The translations under genes were made by a program, and so were the position numbers. Positions 21,819-35,635 of a stretch of DNA of 64,000 nt are shown in pieces. Origin of the DNA: Asterias rubens. Lineage: Eukaryota. How positions within the stretch are numbered: the first letter of the stretch is position 1; each line of letters begins with the position of its first letter. The notes below the pieces were generated by a model. It ran no database searches. It was not told the origin of the DNA and saw nothing but the letters and a program-made list of their open reading frames with translations. The DNA is taken from NCBI RefSeq assembly GCF_902459465.1, contig NC_047079.1, forward strand, positions 11,594,001 through 11,658,000, given 5' to 3'.

Positions 21819-23372
21819 ATGGCCGACGTGAAGTCGGCAAAAAATAACGATAGTCAAAGAACTTCCGGCCGTGGAACGAAAATTACTAGGACTACAGTTG
21901 TTCCAGGAAGTGTGGTTGGCAGTAAACTGGTGCTAGATCAAAAAGGTAAAGATTGTAAATTAAAATTGGCCATGACGTGTATTAAATAAGGCATTTTTCT
22001 TTCCCGTTTGTTTGGTCAGATTTTTCAACTTTAAATTCTCATTGACTTCGTGCGCTCAATGCATTTGTGTAGTGAGTAGTGTGTACTTTGTACGTGTATC
22101 AATAATCAAGACAATTGTTCCTTTTGTTGTGCAATTTGTTTGTTCATGCACACCTCTTGCGGTTTGGAATGACTGTTCATTTTGTCGACTTGCTTGACCT
22201 ACTTTTAATTTTTAGTAAACTGTTTTAAATTAAACCAATGATTTATTAATTAAATTTTAAAATTAAAATTAGCTTACTAAGCTAAAATTTAAATAAAAAA
22301 TACAAATAAATAATTTTGTTAATTTAAAATGAAATAAACCTAGGGAGAGGACATTCCACACCACTTTATTATAAGAGTTACTATTTCATACTTCTTGATC
22401 TTGGCATGGAAAGTGTAGGATTTTGTTTTCTTCATATTAATTAATACTGAGTGAAACAAAAATCATTATTGCTTATTAATTCGTTATCAAAGTAATTAAG
22501 TTGAACTAAAACTTAGATTGAGGTCATATTGTAATTTAATTAGTTATTGGACTAATTTCAAACTGTTACATCTTTGAACTTTGCACTCTTTTAATTTTTT
22601 TTCTTCAGATTTAAGTCGAGCAATGCAGAAAGGTACACCAAAGAAGAGCGCAACAGTTAGCCGGTACCCTAGTCCACCTTGTACCCCACCTAGAAAAACC
22701 CATGGTGCTGGAAACGTTCAACATGGTCAAATGACACTTGCGCATAATAGACGTTCAGAAATGGAGAGCACCGATGGGGTGAATCGATCCCGTCCTAGTT
22801 CAGCTTTCACGCCCTACTCACCTCTCCCCCAAATCGGACAGCCCGAGCATGATCTTGACGTTACTGCTGGCATGAGAAATTTAGAATTGAATCATCCGGA
22901 CAGAGTTGGTGTCAACGCTACTAATGACAATGTAGTAACTTCAGAAACAGGAAGGCAAAAAAGTGATAGGAATTATCCAGAAGTACGGACTAAGCGATCA
23001 TCGTCACTGTCATCTGTTCAGACCAGTAACAAGAGAGTGTCTCGTCGAGAAATGCGAGGCCAGCAATTTGCCAGGAGAAGAAACTCACAGAAATCGTTAA
23101 ACATTCCTGACGAACCGTCCGCTGGAGAAGAAAGATTCCTCATCGCTTTGAAATTACCAGAAGGTGGTAGGCTACAGAGATATTTCCGTCCGTTGGACTC
23201 CTTCTTAGATATTGTTTCTTATGCGGAGAAAGAATCTGGGCGTTCTTTCTCAGACTGCAATGTTTTTACGAGTGACGTTCCTAAACGGATTGTGAGTGAT
23301 CTTTCTGTTTCACTGCGTGTTGCAGGATTCAAAGACAGGACGTTACTTTACTTGGAAGAAAAAGATGAATGA
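21819..23372 (+). CDS. UBXN10: UBX domain-containing protein 10-like (p97/VCP adaptor), 2 coding exons, 296 aa
   Basis: Exon 21819-21945 (MADVKSAK…LDQK, G|GT) joins 22609-23372 in phase 1. A Ser/Pro/Arg-rich low-complexity region is followed by a C-terminal UBX domain (IPDEPSAGEERFLIALKLPEGGRLQRYFRPLD…DVPKRIVSDLSVSL), the UBXN10 architecture. Confidence 0.85.
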
Positions 23373-25472
23373 CAAAAAGAAACTAGATTCCATCCATTTA
23401 TGAAATAACAATACTTATATTTTAGGTATTTTTGTATGGCAGAAAGACATCGTTCAGCAGTGAAAGCCATTGGTTGGAGTCCTAATGAAATTTGAACTTG
23501 TAAGGGGTATAGCTTGGACTGCAGCCAGCCCATAAACTGTTGGTGCCCATGTGTATAGGTCAGGGCCCAATTTGAAAAAGTTTTTAAGCAGAAAATACTG
23601 CTTAGCAAATATCTTTGCAAAGAAAACAAATAAATGGGACACCAGTAGCATCAATGTAAACTTTGCAAGCAATGTAAACTTTGCAACAATATCAACTTTA
23701 CCTAATTTTGGCTGGTAAATAGTTTCCGTTATTTAGTAAGATCTTTCTGTGCTTGGCAAGTTTTGATGCTTACAGGCTTTATGAAATTTGGCCCAGGGCA
23801 GTTGTCAAGAGGGGCTGTGCAGCACTCATCAGTGACCCAACGGGTTTACTTTGGTGCTGGGTATGTGGCATGGTGTATTCCCTTCCTCCATTGTGTGTTC
23901 TTTTTGATCTGGGAATTTCCAGGAATTCTGAAGATGATTTTTTATTTTTTTTGGGGGGGTAGCTACCTTTGTACAAGAGGGGAAGAGTGTGTTAGAGGAC
24001 AATGATTACACATTGTGTATGGCATTTCCATAAAAACCTACAGTTTTGTTTAACTGTCACCAGTGTGATTTTATTTTCAGACAAATTTGGTTCAAGACCT
24101 TACTTCTAATTATGAAACTTTCAAAGTGTACGTTTTCTACTTCCTAAATACAAAAACACTGCTAACGTTCTGGTGCCTTATAATAATAATAATAATAATA
24201 ATTATTGTGTTTTGCTCTCTTGTATTATTTTATTCTGAAGTCTTGCCAAAGAAATTTTAACATAAATTTATGTACAATATATGTTTGTCATGGAGTGAAA
24301 TCTTACAGAAAGAGTTTTATCTAACATTCATTTGCTGATACAAAAATAAATGACAACATGAAATTGGTAGTTTTGGTTTACGTTGCGTCATGATTTTCTC
24401 CTCTGTAGAAGTTAAATAATTAACTCTAACTACATGTATACTACTGTATGCAGAGCAATTCCACCATATTGCTTATGTTGTTGAACTGTCTGTAATCCTT
24501 CAATTATCCCTATTTAACTCTCTGTTCCCATCTTTACCCATGTCTGCTAAATGGGAAAATCAAAATAAATATCCAGTATCCCCAACGCTAATAATATTCA
24601 ATTATTGTACATTTTGTCTGTTTTTAGCTTTCTCAGGGAACCACAGGGCAAAGTGGTTTACCAGGGGTGGGGGGGGGGCGGCATATTTGGGTGCAGTCGT
24701 GAATACCCACCAGCCTCACCGCTTTCTTGTAAAGTGTTATTTCAGTAAAAATGTATGTTGTCTATGTTGCAAATGAAAATGAGAGGGGATCTTTTGGGTA
24801 CATATAGTGGAAGTCATGGTGGGCAAATTATAATTCAAGGAAAATTACTTATGCCCCCAAAATCTGATAAAACAGTAATTTACTTTTGAAAAAGCACTTT
24901 GTCACCGAAATTATACCAAGAAACACTTGAATTTAAATACAAAATTATTGTGTTAGAAATGTCAGAAATTACTAACTTTATGTTAATTTATGCAAAACTG
25001 TTTTCATATTTCTTAAAATTATGCATGCAAACCAAGGGTAACTGTTTGCTGTTTCATAAAAGTGTATGTTGTCAAAAAATACCAAATGCTTGCGTTTCAC
25101 GGAGTTGCTCAGAGGGTGCAAAATAGGTCTAAAAATTGGGAAAATAAGTATTGGAATCACCACTTGAGTTTTTATAAGTTTTATTTCTGCCGAAATGCCC
25201 CACATGGTAACTTCACCTACGCCTCTACAAAACCGCATGCAAGAAGTCGATGGCTTGTTAGCATCACTCATCTAGAAAAAAGGGTAAGTTTGTTTCTTTC
25301 TGTGTTTTTATTTCTTTTTCTTTAAAGTTTAAAAGTCCGTTAAACAAACTAAAGTAAACTTGTGTCTATTATTAGTTACGCGTAGCACCTTTCCTGACCT
25401 CTGATTGGTCAATGGTTAAAAACGCTGCGTGCAACTCCTGTTTAGACTGCAGAGGGCGCTATACACCGGCTC

Positions 25473-25487
25473 GTTGCTAGGGCAAAC
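25473..25487 (+). promoter_or_regulatory. X-box-like (RFX) motif upstream of CFAP107
   Basis: GTTGCTAGGGCAAAC, about 200 bp before the ATG of a ciliary gene. It has a strong GTTGC half-site but is imperfect overall. Confidence 0.4.
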
Positions 25488-25681
25488 ACCTGCTGAATGA
25501 CCCTCCCATAACACATCAACAAAACAGTGACCCAGTTTAATACCGCGCCAGCAGACACGTACACACGTGAACATAGTAACACATTTCACACTTAATTACC
25601 GGTGGTCTGCTAGACAGGGCGTGTTCTCGCAAGAAAATTAACTACGATTCAAGAACAAGATAAACTTTTGTTGGAAGGAAA

Positions 25682-27867
25682 ATGGCACAGGCAGATCCTA
25701 TGAAATGGTCTCTTCCGGGGTGGAGGATTGAGCAGAAATATGCCAACGGAGTTCTGATTGGAAATTGGAACGAAGCAAGAAAAACGGTGAGCACACACAT
25801 CTTTAAAAAAAAATTAAATCTTAGTCTTTGTCTTTTTGTGTCAAGTCTTACTCTTAGGACTGATATAGTGATACTGATAGTGAAAGTGATAATGCCACAA
25901 ACAAAATCTTTTAATTATTACCGGTAGTTGTAGTAGATCTTCAGTGCAGAGTTTCCAATTTATTTTTGTGTGTGAAACTTTTTATGAAACTTTTTGAGAT
26001 TATTCTTGATTTCGTTTTGTAACTACGGGAGACGATAGCCCGAACGAACCTCATAATTATTATAGGAGTAGGTTTCCTCCATGGTTCATTCAAACATGTC
26101 AAATACTAATGGGGATCTGTTTCAAATAAAAAAATATCGTTTTTATAAATATTTTTCATATTTATAATCATTGTTGACGTCATTGTAAACATTTTCATTA
26201 GATATTATGAAATTTATTTGGTTAAAAATGTCTCATTCATTTTTCTTTTCTTTGTTTCAATTTGACAGTGGAAAAGGGGACAAACAGGGGTAAACTCAAC
26301 TCACAGAATGGATTTTGTGAAATATCCTAACTACAAACCTGACGTCATGACGAGACGAGCAGCCATGATGAGAAGTGATGTAAGTAGAAATCTCAAAGAT
26401 GGCCCAGAATCTTTGGTTCAACAAAAATGTAAAACAAACCTAGACCCATTATAACTGGGGTGCTGTGTACTCGCTAAACATAGTTTGACATTTCCATTTC
26501 GGTCCTATTAAATACTAACTTGCAAAAATGTGGGTCAAATTTGTTTTTAAAGCTACCGGTCAAACAACAAACACTGCTTCTATCATTTTGTGAAATAACA
26601 GTTTTGAAAAAAAAACCAATTTTCTCTGATTCTCACATTATTTGAAAGATTTTTCTGACAGTGTACAACAAATATGCCCAAAATAAATGACATAGGCTAT
26701 TTTCTTTCTTGAAGTCCATAATTGTGGGAAAGGTCGAAAGGGCCACCAAGGCAAATACCAGAAGCAACAACAGAGACCTTGTTGGCTCTGTGTAATTCTT
26801 TTAATCACACTTGAAAGTTGTAAAACTGTAGAGACTTCTTTTAGAACAAATGCTGATCTTCTTGCTTTGTATTATTTTTTATTTCCAGGGTCTTGACAAT
26901 AAACTTCTCTTTGAACATCATAACAACGACTTCTCTAGTAATCTCATCTCGTGGTACGATGAGCAATTCAACAAACGAGAGCGGACAGGAAGAGATACGC
27001 TTCCTGAACAAAGATCTTGGGATTCGCATAAACTGGCGTGGGAACCTGAGAAATCTGATCATCCCATACATAGTGAGTATAAATCTAATAAAGGACAAGA
27101 AAAGTGAATTAAAAGTGACAAGCAAAAGTGAATCTGAATAGAATAGTTGATGTGAGGGAAAACCCATGCAAGCGAGTATGAACTGCACAACCCAATCCAC
27201 ATGCCTGGCTCCGCTAAGCCAAACTTTGTAAGTTGAAGACATTTCAGTTTTAGAACTGATGAAAACCATATTCACAAACAAGGCTTCAGTGCAGAATTTA
27301 AAAAAAAACTACTAAGCCAACCTGAATGCTATTAATTTGTTTATTTTTGGTAAGTTTATTAAAAACGAAATCCAGAAAGAGGAATTCTTATTTTGGATTG
27401 GATTTCTTTGGCTTGGATTTTTTCCCTCAAGATTCTGATAATGACCAAATAAAACAAAACCTACTTTCTGTATCGCCACAAATGATCTGTTCAGCCCAAA
27501 TGATCTCTTAGCATTGCAATCAAACTTATTTTGCTAATTTGTTATCCTCACAGGTGCACCAACAAACTTCGGCCTCCGAGACAAGCTGAATGCAAAATGG
27601 CAAAAGGAGCAAATGCAGTCGGGTATGGGCGAGTACCGCACAACATACGGACAGTCTTACATCCCCCAAGCATCCGACGCACTTGTGAAGAATCATTATG
27701 CACCACCGAGGGCGCTATCAACAAGGCTTCACCGAGCCAACCTAATTAATAAAGACCTTAGTCTAAGGAGCGTTAACGTTTTACAAACACCTCAAGAGCT
27801 GGGGCTACCAACACGGACTGAGCCAGCCACTAGGAGTGCAGGTGGTCCAACGCAAGTGTCCATGTAA
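25682..27867 (+). CDS. CFAP107: Cilia- and flagella-associated protein 107 (C1orf158; axonemal microtubule inner protein), 4 coding exons, 237 aa
   Basis: Exons 25682-25786, 26269-26379, 26889-27072, 27554-27867 (714 nt). Motifs PGWRIEQKYANGVLIGNWNEAR, LISWYDEQFNKR, WDSHKLAWEPEKSDHP and APTNFGL match the C1orf158 family. Confidence 0.9.
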
Positions 27868-29678
27868 AGAGAAATTATATTTTATTATTATCGTGAGACC
27901 CAGCAGTAATAAATTAACACCAGAATGGGGCCTTTCTCAAATCTCGGCTTGGGCCCCGGCTCAGGCTTATGCTCTGCGAGCTGCGTACGCATTGGAAATG
28001 CATCTCGGCCTGTAACCTACGTTTTTTGGAGCAGTGCGTTTAGCACGCGGTAGTTCAGCAGCTGGTGCCAGAGCCCAAGCCGAGGTTTGAGGCCCCTGGA
28101 ATTTCATCTTGGATATCAGTCAGTGCCTTTTCTCAAGTAAAAAGTGTTTGCATATGTCTGACAATGTCTAAGGTAGTACTTGTAAAGGGGCACCAGACCA
28201 AGGCCATGGTCTGTATGGCTAGGTTCGATATCTATAGAGATTGCTTAACCATTTTTTTCTAAGCAAAATGAGCAGGAAACCAGTCACAGATGGTACATAC
28301 ATGTATACACCATTGTAGTTTACCTGGTAATCATATTCTGGTAAGCACATTTTGTGTTGTGCTCACAAGTAGCTCTAAGATAGTGGACCCAGCCCAAACT
28401 GAAGTTCCAGTCTGATGTTAAGACCAACAATGGTCAAGAAATTCAGCATTGATATCATCAGCTTAATCTTCCCACCAAGTAGTGTCATCCACTTACATCA
28501 TGTCTTAAAGTTTGCTCACCAAACTGTGAAATCTTTTACAAAGTTATTGCATATTAAATAATCATGGACAAATACTCTGAAAGAACTTAATCTGATAAAA
28601 CAAACTGTCTTTTAAATACTATAGCAAAATGATAGTTTATTCATAAATAATCTTAACCGCAACAATTATGTTCTCCTATTACAAAAGCTTTATCAATAAT
28701 TTTGAACTTCTTTAAACAGGTACCAGTCAATACTTCCATATTTTTTTAGATTTTCAAATTATATAAAGTTTCCCATTATGAAATTTACTATAAAATGTTA
28801 AACTTTACCTAAAGTAAAATTCACTATTATTGTTTTTTTTTGAAAATGAGGCCTGGTTTTTCCAATCATGACATAAAATTTGCAATAATTTGTTATGACA
28901 TAAATAACATGAAGTACCTGACCATTGTCAGCAATTTCCAAACCAGTTTTGAACCATGTGTTCTAAGGGTTTTAGTACAAAAAACATTTTTCATTTTGTC
29001 TGTTCCGTGCACACAGGCAGTAGCGTTCATTTTCTCAGTCAATTATTAGCTTGATGTTTCATCGTTATACTAATTATATTTATTATGGCGCAATGTGGTA
29101 ATGTTTCTTATCTTCCATTCATTTAATATGCAATCAAAGTGAGGCTTTAGAGAACAAATAGTCGGACACCATTCTGTATAATAGATTCTAGTATTCAACA
29201 GTGGTAAAGGAAGATAGGGAATCATACTTAGTAGAATTGTAGCAAAATAGTTCATTAATCATGCTATCATACATTTTAAAAAGTATTTTTGAGAATCAAC
29301 ATTGAACTACTGTATTATTCTAAGGTTATTTTGGCTGCCTTCCTGATGTTTTGTGTGTGGGTTATTGTTTAATGTTTGCTTGCCGAATGCAATGGTGTGT
29401 ACTTCCAATTATTTATGCAGTAATGGTTGCATTTTTTAACCAGTTGTAAATATTTGTAAATATATAAATAAACAACAATATGAACAAAGACATTCTCTTT
29501 CATACATTGTTTCTGTGTTACAGTCTCACCAAAAATCAGAAAATAATTTGTTACAAAGAATAATATAATTTTGCAATATAACACCCCCCCCCCAATTAAA
29601 AATTGATTTGTCATTTTCGCTCGGTGGTATAAAAAAGAAATGCATTTTCTGACGTAGGAAAGCAGGAAGAAAGACGAT

Positions 29679-30022
29679 GTGTCAGGGCCGAGTGGTTAAG
29701 AGCATCGAATTCAAGTTCTGGTGGTTAAGTCACCGATGTGTGGGTTCAATCCCCGTACGTAGTGACACAGGTCTCCTTGAGCAAGATGCGTTACTATAAT
29801 TACCTCTCTTCACCCACAGGTATTAATGGGTACCTGCAAGGGTAGAGACTGATATTGTAAATGAAAAAGCCTTCGGAGCGCCACCACAGGCTGTATACTT
29901 CCCAGGGAGCTGAGAAAGATTCTAGGTATATTGTTGGCCCAATGACCAGGGCACTAATGTAAAGCGAATTGAGAGGGTTTAATGTGAAATGCGCTATTTA
30001 AGACTGTCATTATTATTATTAT
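29679..30022 (+). mobile_element. tRNA-derived SINE with a CORE-like domain and (TTA)n tail
   Basis: gggccgagtggttaagagc…ggttcaatccc…ccttgagcaag…taatgggtacctg…gcgctatttaag…(tta)n. A 5'-truncated relative lies at about 50709-50972. Confidence 0.8.
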
Positions 30023-30047
30023 GGTTTACAAAGTTGTTTACAAGTTT

Positions 30048-32618
30048 TCACAAATAGATTGATTTTGTACACATGTATTTAGGTAACAGTGCCCTGAGTG
30101 TCATGTCAGTGAACAATGCAGTCAATCCCCATATATGAAAACCGCTTCCTTTAAATACAGGCATGGTGTACGGCCCCTTCTTTGTTGACTTTGGGGGATC
30201 AAACCTTGTATAACTGTTGTTGGTTGGGTCACAAAGTTCAGATATCGGTACAGTGAAGACTAGCTCTACCTGTTGAAGAAACAAACAAGAATTGTTCAAA
30301 GAAACCACTTGGAACTCGGAAGATAAGAAACGATATGCCAAGCCTAGTGTCAAATTGAGCACTGCCGCAAATTCATAAAAATCTTAATTAAATAACCAAA
30401 CAACTGGGCCCAAATTCATAGAGCTGCTTAAACAGAAAATATTGCTTAACAATTTTATGCTAAGCAATAATAAGCAGGATACCTGTCACAAGTTGTACAC
30501 GTAGCATGGTAGTTTGCCATGGTCATGTGAACAGGGCTAGAAGACGGCTCATTAACTAACTGTATGTCATAGATCTATTGACATCCATTTATATATTGGG
30601 CGACTTGCATAAAAAAATTTTTTTTTTAAAAACCTGAGTATACAGTGCTAACACACATCGGTGTATATGGGTTAAAACCAAAATTCTGGCGCTCTAACAA
30701 CTAATAGCCCTCTGTTGGCTATCTCCCTACTTTGTCAATATCTGAACTAAAAAACAATTGTTATTTACCTCCTTTTTGTTACACTGTTCATTTAGTTTGC
30801 TGGCATCCACGTTTTTGATAAAAGCAACTACTCCTGTTGCTAAAGCATCTCCTGTCTGAAACGGAGGACAATAAAAGCAAAGACATTTATTTTGAATTTT
30901 CACATTCCCCTTTCCTGCCCTCATTAAAAATAATGTTAGGTGAGCAGATTATAGTTCTTCAGTTAGGCATTAACCATTAATTCCTTCCCTTCATCAAGAT
31001 GTACATGGTGCTGTTTAAACTTGCAGGCCTGGTACTTGCTAAATTGTAAGGGTCAGGCGATTTGTCCTTGTAAAGGGAACCTTTTTGAGGGAAATCAACA
31101 ATTTTACTGGAACACAAGGGGCCGGCAATGATGCCGTGGGACATATTACCTGTTAAGTTGTTATACAAAGGGACAAAAGATTGTTGTTGGTATGTTAATT
31201 GTAATTATCAGAAATTAATATTTATATTAATAATTATCAATATTTCCCACACACTTACTCTGTTTGGAAGTGGGATGAGTTTACCCCAAACATCAACGTC
31301 TTTAGGATTAACACCAATCTCTTCATTCATTTCTCTTAATGCCGTCTCGGTCACATCTTTGTCTCCATCCTCCTTCAGGCCACCAGGAAAACTGCAATTT
31401 ATAAATTCAACATTATATTTTGATCAAATTTTGAACTTTTACAAATCATGCCCCTGGATCCTTTGAATGTACAGGATGTCTCAAAAAAATGAAAGTTGAG
31501 TCCATAAGCTATCCATACATCTAAACCTTTTCCCCCAGAATCATATATTTTTCATTCGGCAGCCATTTAAAAGTGTATAGTTTTTGGGGGACACACTAGT
31601 TTGAAATGCAAAGCTTGAATGATCCTAGAGTAATTGTCGTTTACTTTTTAAAGTAATTTGTGTTATTAGGTGTTGGGGCTTTAGTACTTCCAGAAAATAT
31701 AAGGCTCCTCCATGAAGCCTTATAGTTTCTAGAAGAAGGGCTTTAGTAGCCCACCTTGTTGGGCTGTTGGCTCTCTTTTAACATCGTTCTAAAAGACGGA
31801 TGTTAAAAGAGAGCGTAACAGCCCAACAAGGTGGGCTCAAGTTTAAGGGGACACGCTTTCTAATTTGTAACAGTTTTAAAGTTAAAGGTGCAAGAGTTGA
31901 TGTTTTATTTGTCGTTTTTCAGGGGGGGGGGGGGGCTTCAGTTCAGGGGTGGGGTAGCCCACCTTGATGAGCTGTTTATGGCTCTCTTTGAAAAAATCGG
32001 TCTTATCACAGTTGCCATTACATACTGCTGATGAGACCGATTTTTTTTTAAGAGAGCCATAACAGCTCAACAAGGTGGGCTAGGGATTGGGGTGCTGGTT
32101 AGGCAAGACCAATCCTCAAGTTGATCTCACCAGATCTCTCCTCTGTGAGAAGACATATGCTGAGAGCGGAGTGTGAACAACACTGAAGGGATTCCATCGA
32201 TGGTGCATAGAGGAACGCACACGGCTGCTGTCTTTGGGGTTATTCCCTTTTTAGTCAGTCTTCTCACAGATGGTTTGATGGACTGCATAAATGTTATTGC
32301 TCGAGCTTTATTTTCATCACTGAACACCATGGAGTTTATTGTAGAAGTTTGTCCAGAGTTCATGTATCGCAGTGTGTGATACATAACAGAAGTTCGTGTT
32401 TTCTTTGCTGCACAATTAATTTTCTTTTGGTTTAGTGTGGAAAATGTCCTTGTTGTTGGTAAAAAAGACAAACTTGATGATGTAGTTGGTATAGTAATAG
32501 TAGTAACTTGTGAAGAAAAGTTTCTTTGGCATAAGCAACCTAGTGTATCATAATGTAAACTAAATAATGGTTTCCATCTCAAAGTTTTCAAACGCATTTT
32601 TCTACAAAACATTGCCAT
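30048..32618 (-). CDS. NUDT8: Nudix hydrolase 8 (CoA diphosphatase, NUDT7/8 family), 4 coding exons, up to 309 aa
   Basis: Exons 32131-32618, 31259-31391, 30769-30855, 30048-30269. Contains AAVCVPLC…VLFTLRSQHMSSHRGEICFPGG (CoA-hydrolase motif), the Nudix box GGLKEDGDKDVTETALREMNEEIGV, and HIWGLTA. The long basic N-terminus looks like a presequence. The exact start Met is uncertain. Confidence 0.88.
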
Positions 32619-32930
32619 TACTTTTACTTAAGACTAGTTTGAGTAGTTAAGTATTTATATTTTTGTTTCTATCAAAACACCTTTAAAAAAGAGTAAGCCG
32701 GTAAGTCAAGCAGCAGAGGTGCATATGCTTAACTTATTCTCAGTATCGTTTCAACACCTGAGAAAGAAAACAGAAGACATAATGATTTTTAATAATTTAA
32801 TTTAATTCAACACCCACCAACAAAAGTCAAAACAGAAGTGAGAAGACGTCAAAAAGTTTTAACACTGCCTGTTATTGTTAAATTTAAATAAATCATATTC
32901 ATATCCAAATATCTTTTAAATTAAATATCA

Positions 32931-32944
32931 GTTACCATGGTAAC
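32931..32944. promoter_or_regulatory. Perfect palindromic RFX X-box
   Basis: GTTACCATGGTAAC, about 310 bp upstream of the NUDT8 ATG, probably in its 5'UTR intron. Confidence 0.5.
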
Positions 32945-34215
32945 TAACAACATTATGAGTTGCTACATACACAAGCAGAATTTCCTCAAATTAAAAAGAA
33001 AGGCGAAATAAACTTACAACTTATGACACGGGGCGTTTCTTTTTGCAGCAGACGGCTTGACGGCTTGTTTTATTTTTTTCATCACCACTAAATGTATCTG
33101 GCGCCCTCAAGAGTAAAAGTAGGTGCGAGCTTGAATAACCTTGTTCTCAAAATATCGTATTGCTCGACCCCTCATGGCAATCAATATTGTCATTTTGCTA
33201 CACCTGTCGTATGAAGACGCAAGGGCCGGGCGGTTTATTAATTAAGTTTATTCATTTGGTATGACATAAGACATCTAGTTGACAATATTATTCTCAATTA
33301 ATCTTGACAAGTAGAAATCGTTGCCATCTTAAAAAGTTTTTGTACTAAAAAACACAAACATCTGAATTACGTAGGCTTTTTGATAAAGAAGCTTTAACTT
33401 TCAACAGCCAATCAGAAACATTCTGTAATTGTATTAAGAAAAACTTTCTGCGCTTTTCTTCGAGAATTGAACAAAACTCAAACAAAGTCAAACACAAAGA
33501 TAAATAATTGCCTTTTGCTGCAGCATTTATTTGTTCACAATAATTTAATAACTTGCACACACAAAAAGGAATGTAATTAATGGCCTAATAAATTTGTAGG
33601 CGGGATTTTTTTTCAAAGGGGGGGGGGGCTACTTCTTACTTCGCCGACATATAGAATGTGTCCTTTAAAATATTTAAATGTATATTAGTATCTTAGTTTA
33701 GCATTTGCCCGGGGTTTATGGAAAGAAATCCTGAAATTAAGACCAACACTCAAGGGCTTGATTTTAATACATTATACAATCGCTGCCAAAAATTCTGATT
33801 ATTGCAAATTATGTTATAAATATTTATTAATTATATTCAATTTAAATATATTACATCATCAAATAAAATGATTACCATCACAACAGTTGTTTCTAAAATT
33901 AAACAAGAAACTCGGAAATACTGTCAATCGTTTACAAATAATTGTCCTAAACTTTCCCCACATAAATTTATCAAAAAAACCCATTTGCAACACTTTTTTG
34001 TTTTTTTTTGCAGAATTCAGGACTGGGATATCATCTTTTGCAAAGGGCACTTTCATTGGAAAAGCTGAAAGTCTTTGGGAAATTTCTGAAGGGGCACCGA
34101 GGCCAAGACCAGGGGAATGTGGACTCCACCTAGTTCGGCCCCTGAGTACAGGCTTTTTAACGGTAAGAATGATGCATTGAAATTGCCAGGGAAAGTTTGA
34201 TGAGACATCCCCTTA

Positions 34216-34603
34216 TTAAAGGAATATTACAGAATTGGTTTTACTAGCAAAAAAGTTGCTGGCAGTGTAAGCACTTTATGTAATCCACCGTATACATAAA
34301 CTAACAAACCTGTAGAAGTTTGATATCGATCGGCCATCTGTCTGGGTCACGAGAGATTAGTGAAAAACCGATTACAGTATTTTGCATTGCATTGATGCCA
34401 AAACAAAAATGAATAAAACGCTCACTGAGCGATAAACTCCAAACGCGAAATTAGATTATTTATTTCTCATCAAATATGAAATTTCAGACAGAAATATTGC
34501 AAGGGATGTTTTCTACTATCATCATCATCAGACCGTGTAAGTTTTATGTAAATCTGTAATCTTCACAATTTTTTTTCTAACCAATTCTGTAACGTCCCTT
34601 TAA
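34216..34603. mobile_element. TTAA-flanked MITE (another family; a related copy at about 49950-50312)
   Basis: TTAAaggaatattacagaattggtt…aaccaattctgtaacgtccctTTAA. Confidence 0.75.
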
Positions 34604-35635
34604 TCAAAAACACTTTTCGTCAAATAATCTTTGAGAAAATGTTAATGATCTTGACACTCTGGCAGTTCAAAAGTTGTGTGCTCAAATAAATGTCTTTGTT
34701 GTATAATTTACAAAGTTATGTAAACAATAATAATACGTCTATTTACAAATATTTTAGCTTAAATATCAAAGAGTAGAATACTGTTTCAGACCGATACACA
34801 AATGGATGATTATTTGTCACAATTTTTAGTTGTTTTATGCAGCAGAAAAGGCCATGAAAGTGTTAAAGACATTTTTAATTAGTCATGGAGGTAAAGTTTT
34901 AAATTCAATGCCCTCAAAGACCATAAATGATTGAACGCTTAACAGAATTAACACAAATACTGATATTCTACTGACCTTTGACCTAGGTCAACATCAAGGT
35001 CACAACCTCAAGGTTTCTAACAATCATGATGACACATTTTGTATGACAACAAATTAAAAAACAACTTTTTTTACCCTTAAAATAGATATCACTTAAAGAA
35101 TTTGTTTGCAATTGATCACGCTTAAAAAAATTGCACCTTTAGCTTTTTGTTTTGAAACATTTTCACAATTATTTACTAAAATTGTTATCCTTTTATAAAA
35201 AATGCAAACAATTTCTTTTCTAGTAACTGTTGAACTGATGTTGTCAAGGCTTGCCAACTTTATACAATGTTTGCTTAAAGATCTATTTGTTAAGTTTTAG
35301 GAAAACTGTTCGCTGTTCGTCCGGGAAAAAACATTTGGTCTATATTCATATGTTTGAAAAGTTTACTCAGAATCATCTGAAGGCAGCAAGTTGATAAAGA
35401 GTAAACAAAATTCAACAAACGATCAATTTCAGATGCAACACACTCTTTGACAAATCCAAAAATCAAAATATCCAAGTTGAGAATGATCAGTACAGTATCT
35501 TGAACCATAAAAGCTTGTAGATAAGAATGTTTGCTGTAAAGTTTATGGTAAGCAATGCTTTATGCACACTTTAAAAAGTACACCAATCGGGTTACTAATA
35601 TTGCACAGTGTTCAGCGTAAGCTTTTGTTCCCCCA

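Noticed and set aside
22581-22608. TTG start of the 263-aa ORF as the UBXN10 start
   Set aside because: It lies in the polypyrimidine tract. The acceptor at 22608/22609 joins in phase to the ATG exon at 21819-21945.
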